From Octopus vulgaris (lineage: Eukaryota): a DNA stretch of 64,000 nucleotides. The notes under the pieces are model-generated. The model searched no databases and was not told the origin of the DNA. It worked only from the letters and a program-made list of their open reading frames with translations. Of this stretch, positions 63,165 through 64,000 are shown piece after piece. The DNA lies in NCBI GenBank assembly GCA_951406725.2, contig OX597816.1:81592001-81656000 (forward strand), in the 5' to 3' direction. The translations under genes were made by a program, and so were the position numbers. Numbering within the stretch: position 1 is the first letter of the stretch; each line of letters starts with the position of its first letter.

Positions 63165-63865
63165 AATACAAGCAGAGATACCCAGCATTGCTCAGGATTA
63201 AAATGGAATAGTTTGTTATTGTTTTACATGTTTCAGTCATGTGACTGCAGCCATGCTGTAGCACCATCTTTAGTCAAACAAATCGTCCCCAGGATTTATT
63301 CTTTGTAAGCCTAGTACTTGTTCTATCAGTGTTTTTTGCCTAACCACTAAGTTATAGGGACGTAAACACAGCAACATTGGTTGTCAAGTGATGGTGGGGG
63401 TACGAACACAGACACACACAAACAAATCTATACATATTCCTGATAGTCTTTTTTCAGTTTCCGTGTACGAAATCCACTCACACGGCTTACCCATCCCTTA
63501 CACCCACTCCCACATATCCCACCCCACCCCATCCCTTACAGTCACTCCCACATACCCCACCTCTATCCCCACCCTCAGTCTAACCCACATACCCACCCTC
63601 AGCCTAATCCACACCCTACCCTTGCTTTCCCCACTCTCGCCTCCCCCACATCCTAACACCACCATACCACACAACACCACATCACATCACCAAGCACTGA
63701 TCACTTCCCAGCCCCACCATCCACACACCTACACATACATGCTGTCTTGTACACATATGCACCTTTGTTTTGGGATCACCACTACTTTATTATCTCCCCT
63801 TCCTAGCTCTCCTCTGTGACCCCCTTTAATAGAAATTCCAAATTGTTTCTTAAGTTTTCTGTCTG
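63165..63865 (-). mobile_element. Helitron-like non-autonomous element remnant
   Basis: tacaagcagagatacccagcattgctcagg resembles a decayed Helitron 3' hairpin plus CTAG in reverse. C/A-rich internal repeats. Shares atagaaattccaaattgtttcttaagttttctgt with 57811. Confidence 0.45.
63225..63483 (-). mobile_element. CORE-like SINE, 3' part
   Basis: Reverse complement of the same family. Confidence 0.8.
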
Positions 63866-64000
63866 TTCTCAATACATTCTCAAACTAAACTCTGCTTGCG
63901 AAGACCTGTCGAGGCAAGTGAAACCGAAATTGAAATCAAATTCGATCACTGGCATCCATCCTAGTAGAACACTAAGAGCACCATCCGAGCGTGATGATGC

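Overview
AT-rich, repeat-dense eukaryotic genomic DNA. The SINE and LINE repertoire points to an octopus or other coleoid cephalopod (inference). One complete gene is present: SF3B6 (SF3b p14, U2 snRNP) on the minus strand, with 4 coding exons (17066 to 4568), 124 aa and all GT-AG introns. A candidate first coding exon of a divergent plus-strand gene (MSVPSKDDEMFSPESPK, donor gtgagt) starts about 390 bp away. No downstream exon of that gene could be confidently identified, so most of 17.5-64 kb is probably intronic. A second CpG-retaining, promoter-like island at about 48.8-51 kb carries a candidate alternative first exon. The rest is transposon-derived: a young 5'-truncated CR1-type LINE with an open 962-codon ORF2, four decayed RTE LINEs, several tRNA-SINE families, TTAA and TA MITEs, a mariner relic and microsatellites. 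The most notable signal is that all four RTE copies carry a PHD-finger-like Cys/His module inserted inside the reverse transcriptase, between motifs 6 and 7. Most short ORFs in the supplied track are spurious. Repeat boundaries are approximate unless TSDs or TIRs are cited.
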